From assembly GCA_036149055.1 (NCBI GenBank), contig JAYZQJ010000115.1:1-42596 (forward strand): a stretch of DNA of 42,596 nucleotides, given 5' to 3'. Below, one piece after another: positions 29,458 to 39,700 of the stretch; within the stretch, counting starts at the first letter, position 1; every line of letters begins with the position of its first letter. The translations under genes and the position numbers were made by a program. Source of the DNA: Myxococcota bacterium (GTDB lineage Bacteria; Myxococcota_A; Polyangia; Polyangiales; Sandaracinaceae). The notes beneath the pieces were generated by a model. That model did not search any database, had not been told where the DNA came from, and saw only the letters and a program-made list of their open reading frames with translations.

Positions 29458-31743
29458 TCACAGGGCCACCAGGAACTCGAGCAACGCTTCGCGCTCACTG
29501 GCGTCGAGCGCCGAGAAGGCCGCGGCGGCCGCCGCGCCTTCGGCCCCGTGGGCGGCGATGGCCTCTTCGAGGGTGAGCGCGCGCCCGTCGTGCATGTACG
29601 GCGCGGTGTGCGCCACCGCGCGGAGAGGCGCGGTCCGGTACTCACGGGGGCCCGCCGCGCCCTCGGCGACGCCCGGGCCGGAGTCCGAGAGCTCGTGCAA
29701 GAGGAGGTCCGAGTACAAGGCGAGGTCGCCGCCGTCGGTCGCGGGCAGCTCGGGGGTGTGGCAGTCGGCGCAGCCCGTCGCGATGAACAGCGAGGCGTCG
29801 GCGGGGGCCGGCGGAACGGCGAGGCCCTCGACGAAATAGACCAGATCCGCGACGTCCGCCTCGGCGTACTCCGGGTCGGCGACCTCGTCGGCGTCGGTCT
29901 CACCGCCGCTGGTCAGGCCCATCGCGCTCGCGAGGCATCCGCGCGTCGCGGCCTCCGCCGACTCGTGAGTGGACTGCCAGCCGAAGCGCAGCAGCGATCC
30001 GTCACGCTCGGGGGCGCGCCCGGAGACGCCATCGCCGTCGAGGTCGTCGGGATCGGCGAGCGCGCTCACGGCCGCCGCGTCGACCCGGCCCAGCATGCCG
30101 GCGACGAAGAGCGGAGGGGCGAGCCGGCGCTCGAAGTAGTTCGCCGACTCCGTCAGCCGGCCGCTCGCGGTCGCGTCCACCGAGTAGCGCGTCCACCACG
30201 GGCCGGCCGGCACCTCCGCGAAGGCGTCGCCCTCCCAGCGACCGGCGCGCACGCGGATCGCCCCGCGGTCGCCCCCGCCGCCCAGGGCCGGGTGGCGATG
30301 GCACGCGCCGCAGGTGTCGGCGTCGTAGCGGGGGCCGACCCCTTCGGACATCGGGACCAGGCGGTCGAAGCGAGCGCGTCCCCGCGCGAACCGCTCCGCG
30401 TCGATCCCCTCGGCCGGACCGCCGAGGGTCCCGGTCGGCGGTGGCTCTGCGCCCTCGGGCTCGGTGCCCTCACCGGCCGCGTGGTCCCCTCCGAACGAGC
30501 GCAGGAACGCGAGCACGTCGGCGCGCTCCGCGTCGGCCAGGGCCTCGTAGGCGCGCGCCGAGGTGTCGGCCTCTCCCCCGTGGGCGACGATCGCGTCGTG
30601 CAGGGTGCTCGCGCGCCCGTCGTGTAGATACGGGCCGCCCAGCCCGGCTGCCCAGAGGGGAGTGGTGCGATACTCGTCCTCGGTTCCGGCTCCGGCCGCG
30701 CGCTGGATGCCATCGGAGAGCCCGGGGCCCATGTCGTGCACGAGGAGGTCGGTGTAGGCCGGGAGCGCGCCCAGCGGGCTACCGAGCCGCGGCACGTGAC
30801 AGCCCGTGCAGCCGATCTCTTCGAATCGCGCTTCGCCGCGCGTGCTCTCCTCGGTGGGCGCCGCTCGGGGAGGGACCGCGAGGAGTCGAACCCAAGAGAT
30901 GAGCGCGAAGAGGTCGGCGTTGGAGAGCTCGGGGTCGTCGACGTCGTCGCTGTCGATCAGGACGAGGTTGGGATCGATGCCCTGTGGCCAGCGTGCCGCG
31001 CCCACGTCCGAGTCGGGCTCGTACGACAGGCGCGAGAGACTGGACGCGCCGAGGGGCAGGGAGGAGCGCTCGTCACTCGTCAGCGGCAAGCTGCTCAAGC
31101 CGAGGTGCTCGAACACCTGCCCGCGCACGAAGAGCTCGACGTCGGAGGAATCGGCCTTGAGGCCGAACCGCGCGATGAAGCCCCGGTCCCACGCGTTGAC
31201 GCCGGAGACACCGTCGCCGTCCTCGTCGGCAGGGTCGGCGTTCCGGAACACCTCCTCCTCGGGCACGAGGCTGAGCAGCCCCACGCCGTAGAGCGCGGAG
31301 GGCTGACGCCGGGCGAACGCGTTCGCCGTGGGCGGCGGCGGGTAGAGCACCTCCGGGCCGGTGGTCATCAGTGGCTGGGAGCCGTGCAGCCCGACGATCA
31401 GCTGATCGGTGTCCAGCTCCTGGCGGACGAGCCGAACCGCGGCGCTCAGCCCGCCCCGGCCTCCCAGCGTCGGGCGCCCGTGGCAGTCGACGCACGCGGA
31501 GACCGAGTGGGAGGGACCGAAGCTCTCGGTGAGATCCCAGCGCCGCTGCGCGAGCTCGGCGCCTCTGTCGAAGAGGGCACGCTCCTCTGCGCTCGCGAAG
31601 GGCAGGGGCTCGCCCGGCGGCGCGAAGATGTCCTCCGCCAGGCTGCCGTCGGGCGGCGGCCCGGCGTCCCGGGTGGTCGTGCCTCCGTCGCAGCCCAGGC
31701 AATAAGCCAGGGCGACGGCGGCGAACGTCGCGGCTCGGTTCAC
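29458..31743 (-). CDS. Lipoprotein with two tandem di-heme oxidoreductase (DHOR-like) units, four CxxCH motifs, about 761 aa
   Basis: GTG start and lipobox CLGC; CVDCH, CTGCH, CGACH, CADCH; duplicated ADPxDxDGDGVSG, RFG, Y(T/S)DLLxH, YRTxPL, PYxHDGRA. Confidence 0.82.
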   Translation of the reverse strand: MNRAATFAAVALAYCLGCDGGTTTRDAGPPPDGSLAEDIFAPPGEPLPFASAEERALFDRGAELAQRRWDLTESFGPSHSVSACVDCHGRPTLGGRGGLSAAVRLVRQELDTDQLIVGLHGSQPLMTTGPEVLYPPPPTANAFARRQPSALYGVGLLSLVPEEEVFRNADPADEDGDGVSGVNAWDRGFIARFGLKADSSDVELFVRGQVFEHLGLSSLPLTSDERSSLPLGASSLSRLSYEPDSDVGAARWPQGIDPNLVLIDSDDVDDPELSNADLFALISWVRLLAVPPRAAPTEESTRGEARFEEIGCTGCHVPRLGSPLGALPAYTDLLVHDMGPGLSDGIQRAAGAGTEDEYRTTPLWAAGLGGPYLHDGRASTLHDAIVAHGGEADTSARAYEALADAERADVLAFLRSFGGDHAAGEGTEPEGAEPPPTGTLGGPAEGIDAERFARGRARFDRLVPMSEGVGPRYDADTCGACHRHPALGGGGDRGAIRVRAGRWEGDAFAEVPAGPWWTRYSVDATASGRLTESANYFERRLAPPLFVAGMLGRVDAAAVSALADPDDLDGDGVSGRAPERDGSLLRFGWQSTHESAEAATRGCLASAMGLTSGGETDADEVADPEYAEADVADLVYFVEGLAVPPAPADASLFIATGCADCHTPELPATDGGDLALYSDLLLHELSDSGPGVAEGAAGPREYRTAPLRAVAHTAPYMHDGRALTLEEAIAAHGAEGAAAAAAFSALDASEREALLEFLVAL

Positions 31744-31754
31744 GCCAGACCGGA

Positions 31755-32249
31755 TCAAGGGCAGGAGCCGTCGCAGCGCCGCTGAGGGTCGGAGCACTCG
31801 GCGGGTTGAGCAGCGACCTCCGTGATGTAGTGGTCGGTCACGTCCTGGACGATGACCACGGCACCATCGGAGTCGTAGGGGTTGGCGATGCGGCAGCCCT
31901 CGGTGAGCAGCGACACGCCATCCCGGTCGTAGCTGAGCGCCACGAACGCGAGCTCGCGGTCCGGCAGGCCCTCGAAGACGACCTCGCCGTTGTACACGTC
32001 GCAGGCCTGAACGCTGCCCGAGTCGAAGAGCGCGTCGCCGAACGACGACGCCCGAACCGACTGGATCAGGTCCGTGCACGGAGCCGACTCGAAGACCAGG
32101 AGCCGCGCGCTGCGGCTCATCAAGAACGAGTGCTCCTGGCGGAAGCGGACCGAGAGAGGGACGACGTCGGTGCGACAGGCGCTGAAGAGCGGCGCGGCGA
32201 GAACCACCAAGCAGACCGCCCAGCGGACCCGGAGGGAGAAGCGCGTCAC
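31755..32249 (-). CDS. Hypothetical lipoprotein, 164 aa
   Basis: GTG overlaps the upstream TGA; signal peptide ending LFSAC; normal amino-acid composition compared with the shadow frames. Confidence 0.65.
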   Translation of the reverse strand: MTRFSLRVRWAVCLVVLAAPLFSACRTDVVPLSVRFRQEHSFLMSRSARLLVFESAPCTDLIQSVRASSFGDALFDSGSVQACDVYNGEVVFEGLPDRELAFVALSYDRDGVSLLTEGCRIANPYDSDGAVVIVQDVTDHYITEVAAQPAECSDPQRRCDGSCP

Positions 32250-33529
32250 GGATCCTCTCCGTCACCACCCTCGAGGACCGCGACCTGCGTGTACTCGCCG
32301 GCCTCGACGTCGTCGACGCGCCACACGCGGAAGACGCGGTTGGCCGCGCTTCCGTCCGGGCCGAGCTCGAACCGGCCGCTCGCGCCCTGGTAGCTCATGT
32401 CGAAGCCGCGCGCGGCGGTCTGGAGCGCGAAGTCCAGCTCGCCCGCGGTGTGGGTGCGCTCGGACGGATCCGAGGTGTCGTCGCGCGACACGCGGATCAT
32501 CGCGTCGCGGATGTCCGGACCCTCGAGGCTGGTGGCCGAGGCCATGCCGAGGAGGAGGATCGCCATCGCGTCGTAGCGGGCCGAGGCGAACTCGGGCGCC
32601 TCCTCGCCGAAGGTCGCCATGTACTGCTCGCGGAAGCGGACGCCGGCCGGGCCGGTGTCGTTGAGCTCCTGGCCCATCGCCCAGAGCTCCTCGTAGTAGC
32701 TCGGGTTGGTGAGATACCGCGAGAAGAGCTCCGGCTGCGGCTCGAAACCGTAGATCATGCGCGTGGTCGGCGCGCCGCCGATGTCGGCCCAAGAGTTGAT
32801 GAAGAGGATGCCCGGCAGCTCGTCGACGCCGAGGAAGATGCAGTCGGGCGGGTCGCTCGTGTAGGGACGCAGGGTGCTGCCGAAATCGGTGAACTCCGGA
32901 AGGTGCCGGTGCCAGCCGACCAGCTCGCGACCCTCGCCGGAGAACTCCGACTCGAACGCCGAGACGATCTCCTGCTCGGCGCCGCGCACGTAGCCGGCGA
33001 TGAACAGCGCCGTGTTGCACCCGACGACGTCCCGGAGCGCGATCCCGGCGCGCCGGGCTTCGTCCACCCGGCTCATACGCACGGAGTAGGCGTAGCGGTC
33101 GTCGGCCGGGTTGGAGTCCCGGAACGCGGGTAGGTAGGCGCCGCCGATGTTGATCATCGGGATCTGCTCGCGGTGCGCGATCGGCGCCGCGAAGACCGCC
33201 GCGAAGCCGCGGATGGGGCCGACGATGCCCTTGACGCCCGGGTTGTCGCGGACGAAGCGCTCGATGTTGTCGCGCGCGGTCGGCGGATCCATCTGGGTGT
33301 CGATCGGGACGACCTCGATCTGACGACCCTGGACGCCACCGACGGCGTTCACCTCGGCGGCGGCGAGCAAGGCGCCCTCCACCTGGGCGGCGGAGTCGGC
33401 GGTCCCGTAGGCGAGGCCCACGATGATGGGGCCGTCCTCTTCGGGCGGCATGGGGTCGCCGCAGGCGGAGAGCGCGACGGCGCCGCAGAGGAGCGACCGG
33501 GTCACGCCCGCGAACAAACTGCGTTTCAT
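32246..33529 (-). CDS. Branched-chain amino acid-type (LivJ/K-like) substrate-binding lipoprotein, about 427 aa
   Basis: Lipobox LSAC; AAAEVNAVGGVQGRQIEVV..DT, GIVGP, FREQY..TFG, YDA, YQGASG. Confidence 0.85.
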   Translation of the reverse strand: MKRSLFAGVTRSLLCGAVALSACGDPMPPEEDGPIIVGLAYGTADSAAQVEGALLAAAEVNAVGGVQGRQIEVVPIDTQMDPPTARDNIERFVRDNPGVKGIVGPIRGFAAVFAAPIAHREQIPMINIGGAYLPAFRDSNPADDRYAYSVRMSRVDEARRAGIALRDVVGCNTALFIAGYVRGAEQEIVSAFESEFSGEGRELVGWHRHLPEFTDFGSTLRPYTSDPPDCIFLGVDELPGILFINSWADIGGAPTTRMIYGFEPQPELFSRYLTNPSYYEELWAMGQELNDTGPAGVRFREQYMATFGEEAPEFASARYDAMAILLLGMASATSLEGPDIRDAMIRVSRDDTSDPSERTHTAGELDFALQTAARGFDMSYQGASGRFELGPDGSAANRVFRVWRVDDVEAGEYTQVAVLEGGDGEDP

Positions 33530-33593
33530 GTCGATCAACCTCGGAACAAGCCGTTCAAGGGAAGGGGTTTCGACCTTTCACGGGCGATGCCAA

Positions 33594-33622
33594 ACCGTAC
33601 CTGTCGGCCCCGAAGCGGTCAA
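33594..33622 (-). promoter_or_regulatory. Candidate sigma70-type promoter for the lipoprotein block
   Basis: Minus strand TTGACC-N17-TACGGT in the intergenic gap between the PKS and the binding-protein gene. Confidence 0.5.
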
Positions 33623-33637
33623 CCGTGAGCGGCCGGA

Positions 33638-36600
33638 TCAGTCGACCTGCTCCAGCCCTCTGGCGAGCGCGGTCTCGAGGTGCCGCCGCGGGATGCTGCG
33701 GATCTCCCCGGAGTGGGGATCTCTGACCCGCACCCGGTCCGATTCGGCCGCCTCCGGCCGCTTTGGCGCAGCCGGCGTCGCGTCCCGGATCGCCTCGGCC
33801 ATGCGCCGCGGCGTCGGGCCCTCGAACACCGTCGCGAGGGCGAGCTCCACCCCGAACGCGCTCGAGATGCGCTCGACCACCTGGGCGCCCAGGAGCGAGG
33901 TGCCGCCGACCTCGAAGAAGTCGTCGTCCGCCTCGACGTCGTCGCCGAGACGCTCCCGGACGATCTCGAGCACCCGCGCCAGCGTCTCGTCGCCGCCGGC
34001 CTCGGGCTGCGCGGTCGTCGCGGTCGCCGCGACCGGCGCGTCGGGCTCGGCCGCCTTCGGCGCCGCGGCGCCGTGGAGGGTGAAGGCGCCCGGTCCGCCG
34101 TAGTCGGGGACGAGCGCGCGGCGCGCGAAGGGGTAGGTCGGCAGGGGGACGCGCCGCCCGGGGCCCTCGCCGAAGAGGGCGTCCCACGCCACGTCCACGC
34201 CCCGGGCGTGCAGCGCGCCGAGGCCACGCAGGAGCGCGGCGTGCTCGTCGCCGCGCTGCGCGCTGGCCGGCGTCACGTCGACCGGCCCCCGCCGCCCGAA
34301 GTGAGCGGTGGCCAGCGCGCTGAGCCCGCGGCCGGGGCCGAGCTCGACCAGGGTCACCGCGCCGTCGAGCGCCGCCGCCGCGTCGAGGGCGTCGGCGAAG
34401 CGGACCGGCTGCCGCATCTGGCGCACCCAGTACTCGGGGGCCGCGGCGCTCTCCGCGTCGTGCCACGTCCCGGTCACACACGAGGCGAGCGGGATCGAGG
34501 GGGACCCGAGCGTCATCCGGCCCAGCGCCTCCCGGAGCTCGGCCCCGAGCGGGTCGACGTCGGGGGAGTGGAAGGCGTGCGGGGTGGCGAGCCGGGTCGC
34601 CCGGATCCCGTCCGCCTGGAGCGCCGCCTCGAAGGCCTCCACGCCCTCGACCGACCCGGACACCACGCAGCTCCCGCGGGCGTTCACCCCGGCGACGTGG
34701 AGCTCGGCCGGCAGCCGCGCCCGGAGCGCCTCCTCGTCGAGGGCGACCGCGGTCATCGCGCCCGGCGGCATGCGGCTCATCAGGCGGCCTCGGGTCACCG
34801 CGATGGAGAGCAGATCGGCGCAGCCGAAGACCCCGGCGACGCAGGCGGCGACGTACTCGCCGAACGAGTGACCGATCACCGCCGCCGGCGAGACGCCCCA
34901 GGTCTCCAGCGTGCGCGCGACCGCGAGCTGGTAGGCGGCGAGCGCGGGGAGCCCGAGCTCCGGCCGGGCGATGCGCTCCGCGTCTCTCGAAGGATCGCCC
35001 TCGAGGAGGAGCTGGCGGACCTCTTCTCGTGCGGCCGGCTCGAGCTCGGCGAGCACGTCGTCGAGGTGCTCGGCGAACACCGGCTCGCGCGCGTGGAGCT
35101 CCTTCGCCATGCCGGCTCGCTGCGCGCCCTGACCCGGGAACAGAAGCACCGGCGCGACGTCCGCGCGGGCCTCGCAGGCGAGCGTTCGCCGGACCCGCTT
35201 GGTCCGGAGCGCGTCGATCAGCGCGCCGGCGTCGCTCGCCACGACGTAGGAGCGCCTCGGGTGCGCGACGCGCCCGGTGGCGAGCGTGCGGGCGACGGCG
35301 GAGAGCGGCGCGTCGGGCGTGGCCTCGAGGTGGGCGGCGAGCCGCTCGCAGACCGCCTCGAGCGCGGCCTCGTCGCGGGCGGAGAGCACGAAGAGCTGAT
35401 CGCCCTCGAGCTGGACGTCGGGCTCGGGCGCCGGCGCCTGCTCGAGGATGACGTGGGCGTTGGTGCCCCCGATCCCGAGAGAGCTGACCGCGGCGCGGCG
35501 CGGCGAGGCGCCGGGGTAGGGCCCGGCCTCGGTCGGCACGAAGAAGGGGCTGTCCTCGAGGCCACACTCCGGGTTCGGGCGCGCGAACCCGGCGAGCGGC
35601 GGCACGCGGCCCTCCTCGAGCACCCGGCACGCGCGCACGACGCCGGCGAGCCCGGCGGCCACGTCGAGGTGCCCGATGTTCGCCTTGATCGCGCCGAGCG
35701 CCGCGAAGGCCTTCTCGTCGGTGTGCTTGCGCCACGCCCGCGCGAGCGCCTCGAGCTCGATCGGATCCCCGAGGCGCGTCCCGGTCCCGTGCGTCTCGAC
35801 GAAGCCGATCGTGCGCGGGTCGGCGCCGGCGTCCTCGAGCGCCTCGGAGATCACCTCGAGCTGACCGCGCAGGCTCGGCGCGGTGAAGCCGACCTTGGTG
35901 CTGCCGTCGTTGTTGAGGGCGGAGCCGATCAGGACGCCCGCGATCGGATCCCCGTCCTCGATGGCGTCGTCGAGCAGCTTGAGGACCAGCGCGCACGCGC
36001 CCGCGCCGAACACGGTGCCGTCCGCGTCGGCGTCGAAGGGCCGGACCTGCCCCGACTCCGAGTAGATCATGCCGCGGTGGTAGACGTAGCCGGTGTCCTG
36101 GAAGGGGCGCACCGACGCGGCCGCCGCGACCGCGACGTCGCTCTGACCCGTCTGCAGGCTCTGGGCCGCGAGGTGGAGCGCGACGAGCCCGGTCGAGCAC
36201 GCGGTGTGGATCGCGACCGCCTCCCCGGTCAGGTCGAGGCGATGCGCGATGCGCGTCGCCGCCGTGCCCGTCCCCACCGCGTCCATCGCGAAGACCGATG
36301 GGTCGGCGGCGCCGAGCGCGGACAGTACGATGTGATCGGTGCGGGACTCTCCGGCGTAGATCGAGGTCTTGCCGAGGTGCGGGCCCGGCACGAGGCCGGC
36401 GAGCTCGAAGGCCTCCCAGACGCACTCCAGCAGCACCCGGAGCTGCGGATCCATCCGCTTCGCCTCGCCCGAGGTGACGCCGAAGAAGTCCGGGTCGAAG
36501 TCGAAGCGGGCGTCGATCCCGCCCGAGACCGGCACGAAGCCCGGCGCCGCGTGCTGCTCGCTCATGAGCGGGTGGCGCTCCAGCTCGTCCGCGGCGAGGC

Positions 36601-36724
36601 GGCGCAGGGACACGCGCCCCTCGAGCGTGTTCCGCCACAGCTCGTCGATCGTCGAAGCCCCGGGGAAGCGCCCGGACGCGCCCAGGATCGCCACCGGCTC
36701 GAAGCTGCTCTCTTCACCGCTCAT
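33638..36724 (-). CDS. Single-module type I PKS: KS-AT(malonyl)-ACP, no KR or TE, 1028 aa
   Basis: KS TACSTGL, ETHGTGT, IGHLD, with the hybrid-KS-type NNDGSTKVGFTAPS; AT GHSFG and HAFH; ACP FFEVGGTSL. Confidence 0.93.
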   Translation of the reverse strand: MSGEESSFEPVAILGASGRFPGASTIDELWRNTLEGRVSLRRLAADELERHPLMSEQHAAPGFVPVSGGIDARFDFDPDFFGVTSGEAKRMDPQLRVLLECVWEAFELAGLVPGPHLGKTSIYAGESRTDHIVLSALGAADPSVFAMDAVGTGTAATRIAHRLDLTGEAVAIHTACSTGLVALHLAAQSLQTGQSDVAVAAAASVRPFQDTGYVYHRGMIYSESGQVRPFDADADGTVFGAGACALVLKLLDDAIEDGDPIAGVLIGSALNNDGSTKVGFTAPSLRGQLEVISEALEDAGADPRTIGFVETHGTGTRLGDPIELEALARAWRKHTDEKAFAALGAIKANIGHLDVAAGLAGVVRACRVLEEGRVPPLAGFARPNPECGLEDSPFFVPTEAGPYPGASPRRAAVSSLGIGGTNAHVILEQAPAPEPDVQLEGDQLFVLSARDEAALEAVCERLAAHLEATPDAPLSAVARTLATGRVAHPRRSYVVASDAGALIDALRTKRVRRTLACEARADVAPVLLFPGQGAQRAGMAKELHAREPVFAEHLDDVLAELEPAAREEVRQLLLEGDPSRDAERIARPELGLPALAAYQLAVARTLETWGVSPAAVIGHSFGEYVAACVAGVFGCADLLSIAVTRGRLMSRMPPGAMTAVALDEEALRARLPAELHVAGVNARGSCVVSGSVEGVEAFEAALQADGIRATRLATPHAFHSPDVDPLGAELREALGRMTLGSPSIPLASCVTGTWHDAESAAAPEYWVRQMRQPVRFADALDAAAALDGAVTLVELGPGRGLSALATAHFGRRGPVDVTPASAQRGDEHAALLRGLGALHARGVDVAWDALFGEGPGRRVPLPTYPFARRALVPDYGGPGAFTLHGAAAPKAAEPDAPVAATATTAQPEAGGDETLARVLEIVRERLGDDVEADDDFFEVGGTSLLGAQVVERISSAFGVELALATVFEGPTPRRMAEAIRDATPAAPKRPEAAESDRVRVRDPHSGEIRSIPRRHLETALARGLEQVD

Positions 36725-36740
36725 CCGAAGCTCGCTCCTC

Positions 36741-39700
36741 TCATTCGTCGTCCTCCCGGCGCCCCCGACGACGTCGCTGACGGCGCGACGCGGCCTTGCC
36801 CTTGCGGGCCTTGCGCCGGTCGCTCGATGGACGCGGCGCGTCGGCCTCGGCGGTCGCGCCGAGCTTGACCGCGAGGGTCGCGACCGTGGGCGCCTCGAAG
36901 AAGGTCACCACCGGGATCGGCCGGCCGACGTGCTCGGCGACGCGGTTGGCCACCCGCACGAGGGTGAGCGAGTCGCCGCCGAGGTCGTCGAAGAAGTTGG
37001 CGTCGCGCCCGACGTCGCCCACCCCGAGGGTGAGCGAGACGATCTGGGCGAGCTCCGCCTCGAGGCCGGCGCGCGGGGCCTCGAAGGCGCGCGTCTCGCC
37101 GGCCTCCGCCGGGAGCGCGGCGCGATCGATCTTCCCGCTCGGCGTCAGCGGCAGCCGCGCCATCATCGTGATGCGCGTGGGGATCATGTACGTGGGCAGC
37201 CGCTCGCGGAGGTGGGCGCGCACGTCGTCCCGGGACAGCCCCTCGTCGCCCTCGACGTGGGCGACGAGCAGCGGGGCGCCGTCGGGTCCCGGCTGCAGGC
37301 TGGCGACGGCGCGCCGGACCCGCGGGTGCTCCATCATCGCCGACTCGACCTCGCCGAGCTCGATCCGGTTGCCGCGCACCTTGACCTGGCCGTCGCGCCG
37401 GCCGAGCGACACGAGCTGACCGTCCGGGCGGGCGTAGGCGATGTCGCCGGAGAAGTAGGCCGGCCGACCCTCGAACTCACCGAAGACGCGCGCGCTGCGC
37501 TCGGCGTCGTGGAGGTAGCCCACGGCGAGGAAGTCGCTCTGCACGACGAGCTGACCGACGAAGCTGTCCCGGAGATCGTCGTCGAGCAGCCGCACGCGGG
37601 TCCGCTCGACCGGCGCGCCCATCGGCATCCGGCCGCGCAGCCGGGTGTCGTGATCGAGCTCGGTCCAGAGGCTGATCGAGCACTCCGACGCGCCGAGGTT
37701 GTTGATGAAGCGGGCGCCGCGCGGGAAGCGCTCCTTGAAGCGCTCGAGGTCGCTCGGGAGCACCGGCTCGCCGCCGAGCACGAGCGCGCGCAGGCCCCGC
37801 AGGCGCTGCGGGTCGTCCACCGTGTCCATCAGCGCCCGCAGCACCGTCGGCGTCGAGTGGTAGATGGTCAGCCCCGCCTCCTCGATGAAGGCGGGGACGC
37901 CCTCGAGGCCCTTCTCCTTGATGGGGTAGGGGCAGACCGCGCCGCCGGTGGCGATCGCGCCGAAGGTGTCGGAGATGGCCGCGTCGAAGCTGAACGCCGA
38001 GAAGAGGCTGAGGCGATCCTCCGGGCCGAGCCCGAGGCGGCGCGCGTAGACGTCGACGTAGTGCGCCATCGCCCCGTGCGTCTGGACCACCCCCTTCGGC
38101 TGGCCGGTCGAGCCCGACGTGTAGAGCACGTAGGCCTCGTCGGTCGGCTCGACCGCTGCAGGCTCGTGCATCGGGGACGGGGCGAGCTCGGACATGTCCA
38201 GGACCGGGCGGTCTCCGGCGAGCCGGCCGGCGAGGGCCGCGGTCTCGGGGGTGCAGAGCAGGGCGTCGAGGTCGGCGTGACGCGCCATGTAGGCGAGCCG
38301 CTCCTCCGGGTAGGTCGCGTCGAGCGCGACGTAGGCGCGCCCGGCCCAGAACGCGGCGATCGGGCCGACCACCATCTCGGGCCCCTTGTGCAGCACCAGC
38401 CCGACCCGCCCCGACCGCCGCTCGACCGCGTCGACGCGGGGCGCGAGCCGCTTCACGGTGTCCTCGAGCTGCGCGTAGGTCACCGCCGCGCCGTTCCACA
38501 GGATCGCGGCGCGCTCGGCGTGGCGCGCGAGGCTGAGCCGCAGCGTCTCGATCAGCGGCGGGGGCGCGGGCGGGGAGGCTTCGACCCGAGGCGGCGCCTC
38601 GTCGGTCAGCGCCATCGCGGTGCGCGCGGGATCGTCGAGCCCCTCGCGCAGCACCCGCAGCACCGAGGCGAGCAGCCTCTCGATCGTCGGCGGGTCGAAG
38701 AGGTCCGCGCAGTAGACCGCCTCCACCTTCAGGCCGTGATCTTCGGTCGGGGCCACGTAGAGCTCGAGGTCGAACTTCGCCTCGACCGAGCGGGGAGGCT
38801 GCAGGTCGAGCGCGAGGCCGGAGCGCTCCAGCTTCGTCTGCGGCAGGGTCTCCAGGTAGTTGAAGAACACCTGGAAGAACGGCGTGCGCGAGAGATCGCG
38901 GCGCGGCGCGAGCTCCTTGATCACCCGCTCGAAGGGGACGTCCTGGTTCTCCTGCGCGGCCAGGTTCACCCGGGACACCTCGTCCACGAGGTCGGCGAAG
39001 GAGTCCCGGCCGCGGACCCGGACGCGCTGGACCAGCGTGTTCAGGAAGCAGCCGAGCATGTCCTCGGTCTCGGCCGCGCGCCGCCCCGCGATCGGGGTGC
39101 CGACCGCGACGTCCTCCGTGCCGCCGAGCCGGGCGAGCACGCAGTCGAGCGCGGTGAGCACCACCGCGTACGGGGTGACGTGACGATCGGCGGCGAACGT
39201 GCGGAGCCGCGCGAAGAGCGCGGGATCGATCCGGGCCTCCAGGCTCGCCCCGCGCGCGCTCTGCACCGGCGGGCGGCGACGGTCGGTGGGCAGCTCGAGC
39301 GGCTCGAGGTCGGCGAGCGCGTCGCGCCAGTAGGCGAGCTGACCGGCGAGCTGCGTTTCGCCGAGGTGCGCTCGCTGCCAGACCGCGTAGTCGACGTACT
39401 GGGGGGCCGGCGGCGGCGGCGGCGGGGCGCTCGCCTGGATGCGGTCGTACGCCTCGATCACCTCCCGCGTCAGGTTGGCCATCGTCCAGCCGTCGGCCGC
39501 GATGTGGTGCACGCAGACCAGCAGCTCCGCGCGGTCGTCGGCGACGTGGATCAGGCCAGCCCGCAGCGGAGGCTCCGCGGCGAGGTCGAAGGGGCGCTCG
39601 AGCAGCTCCCGGGTCAGGCGATCGCGCGCGTCGTCATCCGCCCCGCCCCGCAGATCGAGGTAGCGGAAGGTGGGCGGCAGCGCGTCCAGCGACCGGATGC

